Shown here: positions 51,901 through 64,000 of the stretch, piece by piece
Numbering within the stretch: the stretch's first letter is position 1
Layout: every line of letters begins with the position of its first letter
Source: Mobula hypostoma
Taxonomy: Eukaryota
DNA length: 64,000 nt
Direction of reading: 5' to 3'
NCBI RefSeq assembly: GCF_963921235.1
Contig: NC_086097.1
Coordinates: 122,948,001 to 123,012,000, forward strand
The notes under the pieces: generated by a model
The model's database searches: none
What the model saw: the letters and a program-made list of their open reading frames with translations, nothing else
What the model was told of the DNA's origin: nothing
Position numbers and translations under genes: made by a program

Positions 51901-52287
51901 AAGGTTGTCCAAAGGATATTTTCAGACGGTTTCACCTGTGGCAGCAACTCTATTTATGAGAACAATGATATTGTAATGGAAATTCAGCCTGTTTATCACT
52001 GAAATGAAGAGACTGTTGAGATGGCCTCCAACCATCAGAGGTACTGACAGTTAAGCCCAGATTTTATCTTGGGGTTCGCCATGTATGGTGGGGGGAAGGT
52101 GGTTCCTCTGATAGTCCTGATTTCCTCCGTCATTCCAAAGGCATACGGGTTAGTAGGCTAATTGGGCACATTGGTGTAATTGGGCAGTGAGGACTTGTTG
52201 GGCAAGAAGGGTCTGTTACCATGCTGTGTCTCTAAACAATTTAACAACAAAAGTATCATTTCATTGAGAAAATCTCTACGTTTCCAG

Positions 52288-52339
52288 CTGTCAGGAGGAT
52301 GAAAACTATAGCTGCATGTTTTTTTCATTTCCAATGGAG
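52288..52339 (+). CDS. Candidate host exon A (xCQEDENYSCMFFSFPME)
   Basis: TTTCCAG acceptor, GAG|GTAAGA donor, open frame, non-repetitive context. Confidence 0.4.
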
Positions 52340-53221
52340 GTAAGAGGCACCCGCCATAATAAGTCAGATCTCCCGTTGTCCCAGAATCGCTGCTCTCCTT
52401 CTCATGGGCCTCGGTGCTTGTTCCAGCATATTTTTCCATTAGGAGCCCAGTTTTCAGTACCTCAGCTTGGCTGTGTCTTACCGCGGTGTATCTCAAAGTA
52501 AAATAAACATCAAATGGCCATCATAAGGCTTTTCTAACCTCTGGATCTCACTTCCATTTGATCACCATTCTAATTTTAAACTGTTTCTATTCCATATACC
52601 ACCAAATACATTTTTATTTGTTTTATATAGATTCAAGTAGAAGATGAATGGTGAGGAATCTAAAATGGTTGCTGTTGGTCAATTGGAGCATGAAAACTTT
52701 GACACAAGTAGTTCCAATATCACCGCTCCGCCCAGCAATCCCTGACTCATCCTTGCCTAATCATGGGACAACTTACAAAGACCAAGTAGCTACTAATGAG
52801 TACGTCTTTGGACTGTGGGAGAAAACCCACACATTCCAGTGGGAGTGCATACAGACTCCTTACAGATGACGTTGGAATTGAACTAACCACTAAAGGCCCA
52901 GAGTGAATGTGGAGAGGAGCTCAAATGGCTGCCATGCAGGCTTTAAACTTTATCCTTGAAGACAGGTGCCTGCCTTGGCTGGATTCAAGTTCAAGTTGAA
53001 ATTTAATTGTAATTCAGACATGCACATCAATACAGCCAAATGAAGCAGCACTGCTCCTGGGCCAAGTTACAAAACACAATGCCAACACATACAGCACAAT
53101 GCCCATAGCACTGTTACTGCAAACCTAGAACCCTCTCTTTCTAATTGCTGGAGTAACTGAGAAAGGTTGATCCTGGTGGATTGCAAATCAGTGAGTTACG
53201 GAATGCAGCTGCCTTCTGCAG

Positions 53222-53316
53222 ACTGGCAGCTGTGAGAACTATCTGAAGCAGAGCAGAAGGACCTCATGGCACGACACAGGTGCACAACACCTGAGGAACA
53301 GATCCAGCCTGGTTAG
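53222..53316 (+). CDS. Candidate host exon B (TGSCENYLKQSRRTSWHDTGAQHLRNRSSLV)
   Basis: CCTTCTGCAG acceptor, AG|GTGAGT donor; phase 0 start and phase 2 end fit exons A and C. Confidence 0.35.
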
Positions 53317-54226
53317 GTGAGTAACAGATCACCGATCTTCATCTCTCTGCTAAAGGCACATATTTGCAGCGAGTTTCTAACAGCTAGCTTCTGACTGGCC
53401 AAACCCGGCCAGGTCCTTCCCCTTGTAAATGATCAACCCCACACCTCAGAAATAATTTGGTTAGACCATAAGACATAGGAGCAGGATTTAATCATTCGGC
53501 CGATCAAATCTGCAAAACCATTCCATCATGACTGATTTAATATCCCTCTCAACCCCATTCTCCTGCCTTCTCCCTGTAACCTTTGATGCCATTACTAGTC
53601 AAGAGCCTATCAATCTCTGCTTTAAATATCCCCAATGACTTGGGTTCCACGGCTGCCTGTGGCAATGAATTCCACAGGTTTACCACCCTCTGGCTAAGGA
53701 AATTCCTCCTTATCTCTGTTCTGAGGCTGCACCCTCTTGTCCTAGACTCTCCTAATATAGGAAACATCTTCTCCATGTCCACTCTGTCTAGCTCTTTTAA
53801 TACTCGGTAGATTTCAATTTGATCCCCGTCATTCTTCTAAATTCCAGCAGGTACAGGCCCAGAGACAAAATGTTAAACTGCGTCACCAGGTTTACCATTT
53901 GTCAAATCTCCCACAAATCGAGCATTCATAATAGAAACATTTCAAATTATTTTTACTTCTATTAGCTTCGAGATTTAAAATAATTGAAACATAAGTGCAT
54001 TTAAATCCATTTAATTTCTAACAGTTAAATCCAGTTAATCTGAAACATACAATTTCGGTGTAACTTACCGAGATCCCGTGTAGCTCCTCCTCTCTTCTGT
54101 AACAAATGGAGTCACTCAATTAGACTGACAAAGGAAGGGCACCTATGTTTCTTGGCTGCAAAATCGCAGGAAACTGGTGTACATGTGTGACAGTAGTGAG
54201 GACTTCACAGGCCATTCTTTCTGGAA

Positions 54227-54305
54227 CTGTGGTTCCCCACTTTTTTATGTCATGGACCCCTACCATTAACCTAGGGGTCCATGGAAGCCGGATTGGGAAC
54301 CCCTG
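54227..54305. mobile_element. hAT/Charlie-type MITE
   Basis: Inverted copy of the 8986-9066 element. Confidence 0.7.
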
Positions 54306-57300
54306 GTGTAAGTGGACCTCAGAAGGCAAACTGACCCTCCTGGCAAGAGTGTCCCTCTTTTAACAGCAGCTGCCAAAACGTGGCTATGTGTCCAGGATAT
54401 TCCGGGCTGTGGAGGCCTATAATCATTTTTCTAGAATGGTCTGCCCTTGTTTTGGATGGCTGTTCAAATACATTCATAAAATTGGCCATTGCCCATTCAA
54501 AATGAACCAACCTCTTATGAGGTGCCCTGTTAACCTTACGTATTCTACTGTTCATAATCACTGCTGATTGCTAAGGTTACTGCTGCTGCAAATGTTGGGC
54601 ATCTTTCTTCAATCAAATGAAAGTGACTGTAACTCGACTTGTGGGTAAGTAAAAATTATCGTCGTCTGGAAGCTGTGAACTTCTACTGCTGATAACGCGT
54701 TACTTTCCTTCTTCAGCAGCCTGGAATTATTTGCTGGTGGATTGTATGTGCGCAGCAAGAACAACAACACCATAGTGTGTTTAAACGTTTTTACTGAGTC
54801 TCGTTAGTAATGGTGCACGCTGGGCAACCCGCAGCATGGAACTGGGACCACCGAGACAAAAACATGAGCACGCAAAAGCCTGCACAAAAAAGAGAAATCC
54901 TCCTGCACGTGGTAGATCCAATCAATTTACAGTGCGATCGGTCGGCCACACACCTTCTCCCCACATTCTCGCAATTGATCCCATATCCTTCCGAGGGCTG
55001 GTTTGAGACCAACTGCACAGAGGTTCTCGATTGAATCTTCAGACTGATTCGAGAGAGAGCTCACTAGCTGTGCTGGTAATTGCATTCTAAGAAATGCACC
55101 ACAAAAATTCTGCAGTATGCAGCTACCTAGCTGTCCTATTGCCCGGGGACAGAAGTTCTGAAATCACTTCTCAAACATCATTCCCGTTTCAGATACTTCC
55201 AGCAATAGCCAGATGAATGCTTTATTAAATATTTTGAGAAATAACCAATCCCACTGTAAAAATGATTAATCTTCAGTGTGGCTGAATTAAAGTGAAAGTG
55301 AATAAATTTACACTTGATATATCGGTGGAGGATATTGTACCTGCGTGTACTTTTCACCTGACTGCCCTTCTAGTCTCCTTGGATAACCTATTAAATGATC
55401 CAATCATTCTTATGATTCACTTTGCAAAGTTTAAGAGATTAATGAAACTAATTATAGCACTTTCCAATAAGATGGAATGACCAATCAACACAACTGAGTT
55501 CCATATTTTATTATCTGTAACACAGCCAAAAATGGTCAATTTATTTAACCAAAACAAGCACTTGTACTTGCTTGAGCTACAATGATAAAATGGCATGAAT
55601 ACAGTGTAGCCTTTACCAGTTGAGCAAACCTTCTATAATACACCATACATGTACATTAATAAGTGTGCTAACCCGCACATACTTAAACTGGGGTACAGAT
55701 AATGTTGTTACACTTGCAAATTCACATGATTTTTGATAACAAATTGTGATTGGATATTAAGGTTTCTGAATAACAGATGTTTACATACAAGGACTGAATT
55801 CACTTCTGTGCGAAAGTGGGTACATGTGTTTTTATGCTGGTATTCGGGGTGATTCCAGTAAGCACAGGTAACCTTCCAGTTCCTTCAATGTAGATGGAAT
55901 GAATGACAATTTTCTTGTCACAATATCAGAACATTTCATACAAATCCCACTGTGACACAGCACAGACCACCCTCCAAACCCCACCATTACCCTTGTCCAA
56001 GACAACATGTTTTTTTTACACAGAGAGTGGTGAGTGCATGTAATGTCCTGCTAGGGGTGGTGGGAGAGGCAGGTATATTAGGGACATTTAAGACACTTTT
56101 AGACAGGTATATGCTTGGCAGAGAAATTGAGGGCTATGTAGAAGGGTTAGATTAGTTTAAGACAATATGGCTGAAGGGCCTGTACTGTGCTGTGATGTTC
56201 TATGTTCCATGCAAGAAAAGTTTTTTTAAAATTTATTGACATACAGTGTGGTGTAGGCCCTTCTGGTCCTTTGAGCCTGGCCCAGCAATCTCCCAATTTA
56301 ATCTTAGCCTAATCACAGGACAATTTACAATGACCAATTAGCCTACCAAACAGTATGTCTTTGGAATGTGGAGAAAACCCAGGCGGTTATGGCGAGAAAG
56401 TACAAACTCCTTACAGGGAGTGGCGGGAATTGAACCCGGGTCACTGTTACTGTAAAGCGTTGTGCTAACCACTACCTCAACATGCCGTGATTTGGTTAGC
56501 AGCACTTTGTCTAACAGGATTGATCTTGAAATGGTGGTACATCATGGGCCTGCATAATGAGTATAGTTTTTTTTGTCACATCGGCTTGTTTTGCTGTTGT
56601 TGTTTTATTGTTTGCTGTATTCTGTTCTGTGATGTTCTGGCAAGCACTGTGGGCATGCTTTATTGGCGTTGGAATTGTGTGACAACACTTGCGGGCTGCC
56701 CCCAGCACATCATTAGGTTGTGACGGTAGTTTTGATGGACGTGTAATAAATAATTCTGAATCTGAATCGGCGGCTGGAGTGCAGGAAGTGGAAGACATGA
56801 CACATTATCCACCAGGGTGGTGGAACATCCAGCTAATTACTTCTGCAAGATCACAAAGGAGGCATGGCCACAGCCAGCAAATACTCCACCATGGAAATAA
56901 GGAAGACTGCCACTGCTTCGTCACAGGATTTGAGCACAAGCCTTACTGTTGCACAGCAACGACATTTCGCAGGCACACTAAACCGGGAAGGAGTAGTGGT
57001 ACATGTATTTCATGCTACTGCCACATTTAAAGCTTAGACCTAAACAGCTTGAGTGTTAGCAAGGGAGCTGATTACACAGGACGACAGGTTAGTTGGTGGC
57101 CCTAATGGACACTGAATCCTGAGTGGTGTTTAGACTGATGTTTAGCTGCGGTAGGACAGAAGCATTTTACAGACTCAGTCAAGGGGACCAAGTTGCATAT
57201 GTCCAATATTTCTGACTGTACACAGCCAGGTCACAAAGTAAGCTGCAGGGGGAATACAAAGAGGCTGTATTAAACCCCATTAAATAAACAGAAATGAGAT

Positions 57301-58334
57301 GGCAAATTGGGGAAACTCTGGAATTTTCCACTTTGGCAGAATGAATGGAAATGCAGAATGAATAAAAGTGTAGAATATTTTCTGAACGGGGGTGAATTCA
57401 GAAATCAGAGGCACAAGGGGACTTGGGAGACCAACTGCAAGATTTTGTAAAGACTAACCTGCAGTTGAGTCGACGGTAAGGAAGGCAAATGCAACATCAG
57501 CATTTGTCTCCAAAGGACCAGAACATAAAAGCAAGGATATAATGCTGAGTGCTTTATGAGACATTAGTCAGAACATATTTGGAATATTGTGAGCAGTTTT
57601 GGGTTAACATACAACAATAGTTTGAAGCCTCTGGGCCTGTACTCCCTAGAGTTTTGAAGAATTGGCTTGGGGGTGGATCTTACTCAATATCGACTACTGA
57701 AAGGCCTAAATACAGTGAACGTGGCGAGGATGTTTCCTATAGTGGGGGAGTCTAGGACCAGAGGGCACGGCCTCAGCCCCATGACGTCCCTTTAGAACAG
57801 AGATGAGGAGGAATTTCTTTAGCCTGAGGGTGGGGAATCTGTGGAATCCATTGCCACAGGTGGCTGTGGAGGGCAAATCATTGGGGATATTTAAAGCCGA
57901 AGTTCATAAGTTCTTAATTAGTAAGGGTGTCATAAGTTACAGTGAAGGGGCAGGAGAATGGGCTTGAGAGATGATAAACCAGCCAGGATTGAATGGCAGG
58001 CCAGACTCAATGGGCCACAAATGGTGTAGTTCTGCTCCTGTGTCTTATGGGTAATGGAGAAACTTGGGTAACCCACTTTGCTTTGTATCAGGCAGGTAGC
58101 TGCCCAGAAACCAGCCTGATCGAAATGCTTTTCATTCACTCAAGCAGAGGTCACTAGGTTAGGCCCGACTTGGGGGAGTATGGACATTCCAGGCTTCGCA
58201 GAGGGAGGGAAAGATTACTGTAAGGGAAAGATTTTTGATTACTGTAAATATTACTACTAACGAGGAGCTTTGTTTAGGGAGAAAGATCTGCTGGCTGAAG
58301 CATCTGCATCTGATGTAGAAAGAGAGCTAATAAG

Positions 58335-59010
58335 TTAAACACAAGAGATTCTGCTGATGCTAGAGATCCTGAGGAACACAAAAAGTGCTGGAGGAAGCCA
58401 GCAGGTAAGTCAGTGTCTACGGAGAGGAATGAACAGTCGAGGTTTTGGGATGAGACCCTTCATCAGGACTGGAAAGGAAAGAAGAAGAAGCCAAAATAAA
58501 AAGGTGGGCAGGGGAAGGAGTACAAGCCGGCAGTTGATAGGTCACAGCAAGTGGGGGGGGAGGTGGATGGGTGGGGGAGGGGTTGAAATGAGAAGCTGGG
58601 AGGTAATAGGTGGAAGAAGTAAAGGGCTTAAGGAGAAAGCATCTGATTGGAGAGGACAGTGAACCATGGGAGAAAAGAAGCAGGAAGGGCACCAGGCGGG
58701 TAGAAGGGAAGGAGTAAGAGGAGAGCCAGAATGGGGAATTGAAAATCAGAGAGAAGGGAAAGGAGAAGAAATGACCTTAAATTAGAGAAATCAATTTTTA
58801 TACCATCAGATTAGAGGCTACCCAGATGGAATATGAGGTGTTGCTCCTCTAACCTGAAAGTGGCCTCATCATGGCAGTAGAGGAGGCCATGGACTGACAT
58901 GTCGGAATGGGAATAGAAATGGGAAGTAGAATCAAAATGGATAGCCACCGGGAAATCTCGCTGTAGTATTGGACAGAGTGAAGGTGCTTGATGAAGAGGT
59001 CCCCTCAACC
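58335..59010 (-). mobile_element. Old Penelope 3' end with tail and mutated hammerhead
   Basis: ORF 58811..59008 (HSDMSVHGLLYCHDEATFRLEEQHLIF) matches the PLE C-terminus; hammerhead remnant at 58435-58470. Confidence 0.82.
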
Positions 59011-59414
59011 TAAAGAGCCGACAGAGGTTCAGAAGATAGAATAAGCAGCCAGTATCTTTATCTCAGGGTCAAAATGTCAAATACTAGAAGGTATGCATGT
59101 ACTTAAGGTGAGAGAGTGTAAGTTCAAAGGTGATATTCAGGACAGGTACAGTGTTTTACCCAGTGAGTGGAGGGTGCCTGCAATGCACTGCCTGGGAGGG
59201 TAGTGGAGGTAATTATGATAGAGGTGTTTAATAGGCTCTTGGGCAGGCACATAAGTGTGAAGAGAAGAGAGGGATATGGATATTGTGCAGGCAGAGTGAT
59301 TATTTTAGTTAGGCATTTAATTATAAGTTTAATTAGTTCAACACAACATCGTGGGCTGAAGCACCTGCTCCTGTAATGTGCTGTTCTATATTCTATGTTG
59401 GCTTCAGGACAGGC

Positions 59415-59536
59415 TAAGTCCTGATGAAAGGTATCAGCCTGATATGTCCATAGATGCTGCCTGACCCGCTGAGTTCCTCCAGCATTTTGCGTGCGCTGCT
59501 CTGGATTTCCAGTATTTGCAGATTCTCTTGTGTTTA
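59415..59536 (+). mobile_element. Solo Penelope terminal fragment
   Basis: AGTCCTGATGA...ATAGATGCTGCCTGACC...CCAGTATTTGCAGATTCTCTTGTGTTT. Confidence 0.7.
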
Positions 59537-59867
59537 GGATTTGCCACAGTCTCCTTATCTGCTGGGAGTTAAAGTCAGGCCTTTGTCCACACATATTATT
59601 ACATAGCTATCAGTAGTTTTTTTTTCCCTGACGCAAATAATTACCAGAATTTGTTGAAGGCAACAAATAGTACAGGAATGGCACTATCTGGGTGGACTGA
59701 TTCAAGATTTGGCTATTTGTATTCAGAAAGGATATATGAATACTTTAGGAGTATTCATAAATATATAGCAATTCATAAATATATTGCATAAATACAATCC
59801 CACCAGCTCGCCACTACGCTTTGGATCACGTGGACAATAATAACACCTACGGCGTGGCCGCTGTTTA

Positions 59868-60828
59868 TTGATTACAGCTCAGTGTTCAACACAAACACAC
59901 CCTCAGTACTAATCAACAAACTCCAAAACCTGGGCCTCTGTACCTCCCTCTGCAACTGGAACCTCGACTTCCTGATTGGGAGACCACAGTCTATAAGGTT
60001 CAGAAATAAAATCTCACCCTGATTGATAATCAACACTGGCACACCACAGTTTGTGTGCTTTGCTCGCTGCTCTACTCTCTCTACACCCATGACTGTGTGG
60101 CTACGAACAATTCAAACACTATCTATAAATTTGCTGATGACACAATTATTGTTGGCAGGATTTCAGATAGTGATGAGGAGACAAACAGGACAAATATGCA
60201 CTCAATGTCAGTAAGAGTAAAGAAATGATTGTTGGCTTGAGGAAGGAGAAGTCAAAGGAACACATACCAGTCATCATTGAGGGATCAGAAGAGGAAATGG
60301 TGAGCAGTTTCAAAGTCCTGGGTGTCAACATCCTTGTAGATCTATCCTGGGCCCAATATATCGATGTAATTACAAAGAAGGCATGACAGAGGCTATATTT
60401 CATTAGGAATTTGAGGAGGTTTGGTATATCACCAAAGACACTCACAAATTTCTATAGATGTACCGTGGAGAGCAATCTAACTGGTCACATCACCATCTGG
60501 TATGGAGGGTCCACTGCACAGGATCGGGAAAACTCTGCAGGAAGTTGTAAGCTCAGTCAACAATGTCATGGGAACTAGCCTCACCAGCATCAAGGATACC
60601 TCCAAAAGGTGACGCCTCAAAAAGGTGCATCCATCATTAAGGACCCCATCACCTAGGATATGCCCTCTTCTCATTTCTACCATCAGGGAGGAGGTCACAG
60701 GAGCCTGAAGACACACATTCAACATTTCAGGAACAGCTTCTTCCCCTCCACAATCAGATTTCTGAATGGAAAATGAACCTATGAACTATTTTCCCTCTCT
60801 TTTGCACTATCTATTTAATTGTTAGATA
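59868..60828 (+). mobile_element. Rex1/Babar LINE 3' half (UTR continues after the Tc1 at ~62438-62520)
   Basis: [26 protein letters not shown] motifs. Confidence 0.8.
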
Positions 60829-62437
60829 CACCATGCCTTGAATAATTATTCAGCCTCCACAACTATTTTCACATTTTACTATCTCATTTTCTAAATTTAA
60901 ACTAAATTGAAGTAGAATTTTTCGCGTTAATTTACAACACATAGTGCATCGTGTCAAATCAAAAGAAAATTTCCAAAACCTGTCAATAACTTACTAAAAA
61001 TTAACAACCAAAATCGTGAAGCTGAATTCGTACTCATCCCCTTTGTAATTACTACACTAACTTTCCTCAGATGTAATGCTTTATTTTAACTTACTAACTC
61101 ACTCAATTTGTTAATGTAAGAAATTGGGTGATCACCTGTTTTCAATTAATTCATAAGAATAAATACCCCCCTCTCTCTGTAAGGTCAACTATATGGTAGA
61201 TTTTCAACAGACCAAACAGAAAATGAAGATAAAAGAGCATTCAACACAAGTCAGGGAAATGATAACACAGAAGCAGAAATCCGGGGAACAGTACAAGACC
61301 ATCTGAGAGGCACTGAACACACCTGGGAGATCAGTGCAGTCCATCGTGAAAAAGTGGAGAAAAATATGAAACCACAGCCATACTGCCCCTCTAAACTTAG
61401 TTGCCAGAGAAGAATGGAACTTATAAGGGAGGCCACTGTGATACCAAGTTATTCTGGGTCTGTAGAAGTCAGTAGCTGTAACTGGAGATGAAGTTCATGG
61501 CTCCACAATCTCTAAGACCTTGCACAAAATAGTTATATATGGAAGAGTGGCAAGGAAGAAGCCCTGGCTGAAACAAAAAGACATATCCTTGGCAGTAAAG
61601 GCATTGCAAAGCATCACCTAGAAGATACTGTAAAGATGTGGAAGATGGTCTTGTGGTCGGATGAGGCTAAGGTGGAACTTTCTGGCCTCAACACTAAGCA
61701 GTATGTGTGGTGTAAGTCTAATTCTATGCATCAGCCCGGTAACAGCATCCCTACTGTATAGTATGGTGGAGTAGCATCATGCTTTGGGGATGCTTTTCAG
61801 CAGTATGGACTGGAAGTCTGGTCAGGGTTGATGGGAAGATGAATGCTGCTAAACAGAGAGAGATCCTGGATTTGAAAAAACAGCTAGCCTCTGCCAGAAC
61901 ACTGAAATTGGGGAGGAAGTCACTCTTTCAGCAGGACAGCGACCCAAAGCACACTGTCAGAGCAAACATGGCGTGGCTTCAAATGACGGAAATTGATGTC
62001 CTTGAGTGGCCCAGTCAGAGTGCTGACCTTAACCTGATTGAACGTCTCTGGCAAGACCTCAAGATTGCTCTCTACTGATGCTCCTCAACTAACCAGGCAT
62101 GGCTTGAGCAATTTTGCAAGGAGGAATGGGCAAATCTTGTTTCATCTCGTCCGTCACAGTTAATAGAGACTTATCCAAAAAGTCGACTGGCTGTAATAGC
62201 TGTGAGAGGTGGTTCAACTAAGTACTGAACAAAGGGGGAATGAATAGTTTTCGACTTCTGACATTTCAGTTCTTGAATTTTTAATTTTTAAATTTTCCTT
62301 GTTTTCCAGTTGCTGTGAAAGAAAAGGAGCACGTGATTCACAATAAAAAGTTTCAATTAAATTGATCAGAATCCTGGATTGTAGTACTTATTTATGTGAA
62401 CACAGGGTTGGGGGCTGAATACTTTTACAAGGCACTA
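60829..62437 (+). mobile_element. Full-length decayed Tc1 transposon (DD34E)
   Basis: TIRs TGCCTTGAATAATTATTCAGCC / GGCTGAATACTTTTACAAGGCA with flanking TA; transposase remnant 61223-62228: MKIKEHS..., WSDE, FQQDSDPKH, WPSQSADLNLIERLW, GGSTKY*. Confidence 0.9.
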
Positions 62438-63581
62438 TATACTTCTTATTGTTATTTATAGATTCTATTAGTATGCATTAGTATGCAGAAGTACAGCTGC
62501 TGCATAACGACAAATTTTCTCTGACAAAGCCCTCCATATTTCTATCATCCATCTGCATATCGAAGAGTTTCTTAATTGTCACTATCTATAAAAAATAGTA
62601 ACATCTGTCATTGTTGGTTATGAAAGAATTAAAATATGGAAGTAAACGTCCAACTGGAATGGGTCAAGGGCAGTGGAAGTAGACAAAACAAATGTCTTTG
62701 TTCTTGCCATGTATTTGAAGGAATGGAGGTTGCTATTTTGTGAAACCGCTCTGCAAACTCCATTTTGTGAACTGGTGAACTGGTTTTGATTAGCTGAGTA
62801 AGCTATGGTTTTGATCAGGAATTGGTAAGACAGAACATGCAGGTTCATGAATAGGACATCCTGTGTCGGACCTTAGTAACTCGAGCCTAGCAACTGGCTG
62901 ATCTGCTCTGATTCAGAACAGAGATACGTTAATTACAAGTTTTACTTGCAAGAAGGGCAGTAAAATGATGCTGGTTTGGACCAAAGCCACTGGAAATCTG
63001 TTATATGTCAGCAGATAAATCAGAGCCAATGAGATTGAAACACAGCATTTGAACTGATAAGGGAAGAAGAATGGGGAGCTTCAGATGCAAAATGGTGAGA
63101 ACTCTGGAGATTAACAATCGCAAGACTCCCATGTCAGGGCCTGTGTGGAGAAGGATCAATCGTTTGGGCAATGGGAAATCCCCTATTTCAGTGTTATAAA
63201 TTAGAGAAGTGATCTTAGGTTGTATTGGGACAGAGGGAGAAGTAGAATTCATGTGTTAAGTTGTTGGCCTGGGGTCAACATAGTTATGTTGATGTTTGTA
63301 CAGAGACAATAAAGTGCGTGCTTTGATTAATTAAGAGTTGTGTAGTGAATTGCCTAACCTAGACCTGCTGATGATAGGTCAACAATGTAAAACAGATTTT
63401 TAATGGGGTTACAGTATTTTGTGAAACACCGCAGGACTGTATCAGTCCTTCATGAGCAGAAGGTGTGATTGTTACAAGTTGTTTAAGACAGTTTCTAAGA
63501 GAAATCGAAGTATTCACACACTGATTTTTTTTTGGCTGTACATCAGCTTTTTCCACCTTCTGTTTTTCTTTCTTGCTGCAG

Positions 63582-63690
63582 GGTGCCACAGAATATAATT
63601 AACCTGAGTGATTTTCCAAACAGAGTAGACCTGAACCTGATTCGATGGAACGGCAGATTCTTTTCCGATATACCACCTGTGTTTGACTGA
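63582..63690 (+). CDS. Candidate terminal host exon C (VPQNIINLSDFPNRVDLNLIRWNGRFFSDIPPVFD*)
   Basis: Long polypyrimidine tract ending TTGCTGCAG, 35 open codons to TGA, unique-looking sequence. Confidence 0.45.
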
Positions 63691-64000
63691 ATCCATGCGG
63701 GACGTGAATTTTGTATTTCCTGCCTGCCCCACTTTTGGAATTCTACACAGCTATCACTTCAGGAAGTAACTTTGGTTGTCTGGCAGCAAGCTGGCCCCTT
63801 CTACCTATCCTTTAAGAAGGTTCTGTCACAGCGGGAGCCTTTGATGGGAGGCACCATGCAGATTCACCATCCAGCTGCATTGTTTTGCTTCTGAGGTTCA
63901 GCACTACATGCACAGTGATGGAATATGACATGGGGATTTTGTTAGCTTTTGATAATTACATTGATTTAGCGTAAACACCACCGTTAACAGTTGCTGCCAC

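Noticed and set aside
54069..54096. 28-nt minus-strand micro-exon
   Set aside because: Splice signals are plausible, but I found no partner exons and it is too short to support.

Overview
Eukaryotic, repeat-saturated vertebrate DNA; the repeat inventory (abundant CR1 LINEs, V-domain/HE1-like tRNA SINEs, Rex1/Babar, Penelope-like elements) suggests a cartilaginous fish, which is an inference. Nearly all listed ORFs are transposon fragments or noise. The standout is a very young Penelope-like element (34009-37666) with an RT-GIY-YIG ORF, folded into a ~1.6 kb near-perfect inverted repeat. It has a 14-bp target-site duplication, a 36-nt one-sided tail and a minimal hammerhead ribozyme in each arm. 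The same head-to-head hammerhead architecture recurs in miniature (33713-33939, 17820-17947) and in a second Penelope clade (14251-14740). Also present: a decayed ERV env plus probable LTR, an R4/Dong-like LINE, a CR1 with an SGNH-esterase ORF1, a full-length decayed Tc1 (DD34E), four three-TIR Tc1 deletion derivatives, hAT MITEs and RTE-derived elements. Three phase-compatible candidate host exons lie on the + strand (52288-52339, 53222-53316, 63582-63690); I cannot identify the gene. All family assignments come from motif reading, not database searches.
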